A stretch of 19,972 nt of DNA, taken from NCBI GenBank assembly GCA_963721805.1, contig CAVRJY010000003.1, forward strand, positions 1 to 19,972, given 5' to 3'. The position numbers and the translations under genes are program-made. This document shows positions 15,124 through 19,972 of the stretch, one piece after another. The notes under the pieces were generated by a model, which was not told the origin of the DNA, made no database searches, and saw only the letters and a program-made list of their open reading frames with translations. Each line of letters begins with the position of its first letter. Position 1 is the stretch's first letter. This DNA is from Nitrospirota bacterium (lineage in GTDB: Bacteria; Nitrospirota; Thermodesulfovibrionia; Thermodesulfovibrionales; JdFR-86).

Positions 15124-16086
15124 TTATGCCTGCTCGCCGGACTTTGACCAGTCGGCCTTCAGTCGCTTCTTGCCGTGGACGAACTTCTCGACCGAGAGCG
15201 CGGCCATCGCCCCGTCGGCCGCCGAGATAATGACCTGACGGACCTCGGTGCACGTCACGTCCCCGGCCGCGTATACGCCCGGCACGCTGGTGGCCATGTA
15301 ACGGTCGGTCTCGATGCAGCCGCTCTCGCCTAGCCTGACGGTCTCGCCCAGATAGTCCACTATCGGTTTTGAGCCCTGAATATAAACGAACACGCCTTCG
15401 AGCATGATGCGTTCTTCTTTGCCGTCCTTATCCACGGTGAGCACCGAGTCCACGGTGTCCAAACCCGTGATCTCGCGTACTGTGCGACCCAGGATTACCT
15501 TTAAATTTTCGGCCTCCAGTGCGGGGTGGTCCTCCGGGGCTTTTAATTTCTGCGAAGGAGCAATCAAATACACCGTGGCAGCGAAGCGCGTGAGCAGCCC
15601 GGCCTCCTTGACCGCCTCTTCGGAGTCTCCGAGCACGCACACGGTCTTGCCCTTAAAGAACGCCGCGTCGCATATCGCGCAGTAGCTTGCGCCCTTGCCC
15701 AGAAGTTCGGCCTCACCCTTGATAGTGGCCTTGCGTCCCATCGAGCCGGTCGCGATTATCAGGGTCTTGCCCTTATAGGAGTTGTCCATCGTGAAGACCT
15801 CTTTGACATCGCCTTCGACACTGACGCCAACGACCTGCGCATCGTTTACATACTCCGCCCCGAACTCGATGGCCTGATTGCGGAATATCTCGAGCAGCTC
15901 CTTGCCCGGAAGCGGCGGGACGAGCCCTGGGTAGTTCTCGATGCGCCCGGCGAACGCAAGCGCACCGGCGGTTTTGGATTTATCCAGCACGACCGTCTTC
16001 ATCCTCGCGCGCGCGGCGTACTGAGCGGCCGCGAGCCCGGCCGGGCCGCCGCCGATTATCACCACGTCATAGAGCGTGTCTGGCAT
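15124..16086 (-). CDS. Thioredoxin reductase-like flavoprotein, probably NADPH-independent (FFTR/DTR type)
   Basis: FAD motif IIGGGPAG, redox CAIC, TSVPGVYAAGD. The NADPH motifs are replaced (GDSEEA for GGGxxA; IAPSQ for HRR). C-terminal tail KADW. Confidence 0.88.
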   Translation of the reverse strand: MPDTLYDVVIIGGGPAGLAAAQYAARARMKTVVLDKSKTAGALAFAGRIENYPGLVPPLPGKELLEIFRNQAIEFGAEYVNDAQVVGVSVEGDVKEVFTMDNSYKGKTLIIATGSMGRKATIKGEAELLGKGASYCAICDAAFFKGKTVCVLGDSEEAVKEAGLLTRFAATVYLIAPSQKLKAPEDHPALEAENLKVILGRTVREITGLDTVDSVLTVDKDGKEERIMLEGVFVYIQGSKPIVDYLGETVRLGESGCIETDRYMATSVPGVYAAGDVTCTEVRQVIISAADGAMAALSVEKFVHGKKRLKADWSKSGEQA

Positions 16087-17145
16087 CTATCCATCCTCCT
16101 TGCGAGGGAACTCTCGAAGCATATTGTAGAGCGTATCGCGCTGGGCCGCGCGGAAGCCGGCGGCGTGTATAGCGGCGACCATCTCGTCCATCGTGACGCT
16201 GTTGCTGACGCCGGTGGAGGCAACTACGTTTTCCTCTATCATAGTGGAGCCCAGGTCGTTGGCGCCGAAGCGGAGCGCGACCTCCGCGACCTTCAGCCCC
16301 TGCGTAACCCACGAGGCCTGCACGTTATTGACGTTGTCCAGATACAGCCTCGATACCGCGAGCACTCTCAGGTATTCGGCCGCGGTCGCGGTCTCGACCT
16401 TGCCCTCGTATGCGGTGTTGCCGGGCTGGAAGGGCCACGGGATGAAGGCAGTAAACCCGCCGGTCTCGTCCTGAAGCGTGCGGATGCGGTCGAGGTGCTC
16501 GATGATATCAGCGGGCTTCTCGCCTATGCCGAACATCATCGTAGCTGTCGTGCGCATACCTAAACGATGGGCCTCGCGCATGACATCCAGCCACTCAGCG
16601 GTGCGTATCTTGTTCGGGCTGATGCGCCTGCGCACGCGGTCGCTTAGCAGCTCGGCCCCGCCGCCTGGGATCGAGTCGAGCCCGGCGCGCCTGAGTTTAA
16701 TTATCGTATCGCGCACGCTCAGACCGGCAGCCGTAGCGATATGGACGACCTCGGGCGGGGAGAACCCGTGTATGTTTATCTTGAAGCGGCCCTTGATCGA
16801 GCGCAAGAGGTCGAGGTAATACTCTATATCGAGCGAGGGGTTTATCCCGCCCTGCATCAGTATCTGGGTGCCGCCGAGGGCTATCGTCTCCTCTATCTTT
16901 TTAAACAGCTCGTCGCGCCCGAGGACGTAGCCGCCCTCCTGCGCCTCCTCGCGCCAGAACGCGCAGAACTTGCACTTGTTTATGCAGACGTTCGTATAGT
17001 TGATGTTGCGGTCGATCACGAACGTCACGATCCCCTCGGGGTGCAGGGCGCGGCGCATCAGGTCAGCCCCCCGGCCGAGGTTCAGGAGCTCGCCGTACTT
17101 GAGCAGCTCCAGGGCGTCGTCCCTGTCGATGCGGCCGAATGCCAT
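16087..17145 (-). CDS. mqnC: Cyclic dehypoxanthine futalosine synthase (radical SAM)
   Basis: TFVIDRNINYTNVCINKCKFCAF, QILMQGG, SIPGGGAELL, TAFIPWPFQPGNT, QASWVTQG, GANDLGSTMIEENVV. Confidence 0.93.
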   Translation of the reverse strand: MAFGRIDRDDALELLKYGELLNLGRGADLMRRALHPEGIVTFVIDRNINYTNVCINKCKFCAFWREEAQEGGYVLGRDELFKKIEETIALGGTQILMQGGINPSLDIEYYLDLLRSIKGRFKINIHGFSPPEVVHIATAAGLSVRDTIIKLRRAGLDSIPGGGAELLSDRVRRRISPNKIRTAEWLDVMREAHRLGMRTTATMMFGIGEKPADIIEHLDRIRTLQDETGGFTAFIPWPFQPGNTAYEGKVETATAAEYLRVLAVSRLYLDNVNNVQASWVTQGLKVAEVALRFGANDLGSTMIEENVVASTGVSNSVTMDEMVAAIHAAGFRAAQRDTLYNMLREFPRKEDG

Positions 17146-18209
17146 CAGTGCTTCACCGCCTTATAGTAGGAGTCCCGCTCGACCGCCCTGCGCCCGGCGC
17201 GCTTGATCAGGTTCACGAGCGTATCGGCCGTGATGCCCTGCCCGCTCTTGCCCCCGGCCGCGAGCGTGATGCGCTCGTCTATGACCGTGCCGTCGAGGTC
17301 GTCCGCTCCGAACAATAAAGCCAGTTGAGAGAGCTTAGGGCCGAGCATCACCCAGTAGGCCTTGATGTGCCTGAAATTATCCAGCACGAGGCGGCTGACA
17401 GCGGTAGTGCGCAGGTCATCGAGTCCGGAGCCGACCGAGCCTCCTAATTCGGTGTTATGCGGGTGGTAGGCAAGCGGGATGAAGGCCTGAAACCCTCCGG
17501 TTTCGTCCTGCAAAGCTCGCAGCCGCATGAGATGTTCAACGCGGTGGCTGGGGCTCTCGGCATGGCCGTAGAGCATCGTCGCGTTGCTCTTTATACCCAG
17601 ACCGTGCGCGGTGCGCATCACATCGAGCCAGCCCTCGCTTGAGAGCTTCTCGGGACAGAGCGCGTTACGCACGTCCAAAGAGAATATCTCGGCCCCGCCG
17701 CCGGGCATCGAATCGAGCCCCGAGGCCTTGAGCCTCAGCAGCACGTCCTCTATCGAGAGGCCGCTTATGCGGCTGAAGTACTCGATCTCTGTCGCGGTGA
17801 ATGCCTTTATGTGCAGGGCCGGGAAGGCCTTTCTGATACGGCTTAGGAGCTTCGTATAGTGTTCGAAGGGCCAGCTCGGGTGCAGGCCGCCTACGATATG
17901 GACCTCAGAGATCGGCCCTGCCCTGCGTATGCGTTTTATGATTTCGTTGTTATCTAATTCGTATGCGCCCTCCTCGCCCTCGGAGCGGCTGAAGGCGCAG
18001 AACCTGCACCTGTTGACGCAGAGGTTTGAGGGGTTTACGTGGAGGTTGCGGACGTAGTAGGCGCGGCTGCCGTTTATGCGGCGGGCGGCCTCGGACGCGA
18101 GCTCGCCGAGCGAATGGATGTCGGCGGTCGAGAAGAGCTCGAGCGCATCCTGCCCGTCGAGCCTGCGGCCCGCGGCGATCTTCTTCCTTATGCGGTCAAG
18201 CTGGGTCAT
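17145..18209 (-). CDS. mqnE: Aminofutalosine synthase (radical SAM)
   Basis: NLHVNPSNLCVNRCRFCAF, EVHIVGGLHP, HIKAFTATEI, SNATMLYGHAE, FIPLAYHPHNT, HIKAYWVMLG, GADDLDGTV. Start at 18209 (ATG) or 18218. Confidence 0.92.
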   Translation of the reverse strand: MTQLDRIRKKIAAGRRLDGQDALELFSTADIHSLGELASEAARRINGSRAYYVRNLHVNPSNLCVNRCRFCAFSRSEGEEGAYELDNNEIIKRIRRAGPISEVHIVGGLHPSWPFEHYTKLLSRIRKAFPALHIKAFTATEIEYFSRISGLSIEDVLLRLKASGLDSMPGGGAEIFSLDVRNALCPEKLSSEGWLDVMRTAHGLGIKSNATMLYGHAESPSHRVEHLMRLRALQDETGGFQAFIPLAYHPHNTELGGSVGSGLDDLRTTAVSRLVLDNFRHIKAYWVMLGPKLSQLALLFGADDLDGTVIDERITLAAGGKSGQGITADTLVNLIKRAGRRAVERDSYYKAVKH

Positions 18210-18853
18210 ACGTAGCAAGCATTACATTATAGCCTTCGTCAGCGAGCGAGCGTGCAAGCGTGCGGGCCCCGGCCTCGCTCTGGAACCTGCCGACTCGCAC
18301 CCTGTAGAGCTTCTTTCCGCCTATCCATTTCTCTGTCATATGCACGTCCTGGTGCGTGAGTTCGAGGCTCATCCTGAAATGAACCGCGTTATCGCTATCA
18401 GCAAACGCCCCGACCTGCACGGTATACGGCCCGGCCAGCCTGCCCGCGGGCTCGGACAGGTATTTCCTGTAGCGCTCGTCGCGCCCGAGCCTCACTACGC
18501 TGACCTTTCCGGTGCCCGGCCCGTAGAGCCCGACCGCCTTGGCCGCTCCGCGCGAGAGGTCCAGGTCGCGGCCTCCGACGAATGGCCCACGGTCGTTCAC
18601 GATCACCTCGGCCGACTGCCCGGTCGAGACGTTCGTCACCTTAAGCCGCGTGCCGAACGGAAAGCTCTTGTGCGCGCAGGTCAGGCCGTCCATGTCATAC
18701 CGCTCGCCCGATGCTGTGAGCTTGCCGTGGAAGTCAGGGCCGTACCACGAGGCGACCATATAGCCGCTAGTCCACGAGTCGTCGTAGCGCTGGCGGCCGG
18801 CGCAGCCCGCCGCCACGGCGATGCAGAGTGCGACCGCCGCCGCGCGGATGGCC

Positions 18854-18882
<29 letters not shown>
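18196..18882 (-). CDS. rlpA: Septal ring lytic transglycosylase RlpA lipoprotein (DPBB + SPOR)
   Basis: Lipobox [56 protein letters not shown] domain YTVQVGAF...YRVRVGRF. Confidence 0.94.

Positions 18883-19972
<1,090 letters not shown>

Noticed and set aside
16087..18209. CofH/CofG (F420 biosynthesis) assignment for the two radical SAM genes
   Set aside because: The motifs fit MqnC (DRNINYTN, QASWVTQG) and MqnE (HIKAYWVM, HIVGGLHP) better, and no other cof genes are present.

Overview
GC-rich bacterial chromosomal window. The gene content (futalosine menaquinone pathway, large CxxCH cytochromes, MglA, DsrEFH-like proteins) suggests an anaerobic Nitrospirota- or Desulfobacterota-like organism; this taxonomy is inference only. 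From left to right: the 3' part of secA, with an apparent 1-nt frameshift near 111-114; a pseudo-REC/GAF/GGDEF enzyme carrying the Asp->Ser signature of Hypr GGDEF 3',3'-cGAMP synthases; an MglA-family GTPase with a long C-terminal extension ending in a MinD-like tail; a convergent cheY-cheA-exeA-like triad; wrbA and an unannotated 59-aa four-Cys protein; a TPR + cNMP-binding protein; an operon encoding an NHL-repeat lipoprotein and two paralogous multiheme cytochromes (29 and 13 CxxCH motifs); a divergent dsrH-dsrE-dsrF-tusA sulfur-relay cassette; and an hslU-rlpA-mqnE-mqnC operon ending in a thioredoxin reductase that lacks NADPH-binding motifs (FFTR/DTR type). The most interesting items are the putative cGAMP synthase adjacent to an extended orphan MglA, and the modular multiheme cytochrome pair. 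No mobile elements, CRISPR arrays, tRNAs or rRNAs were seen.
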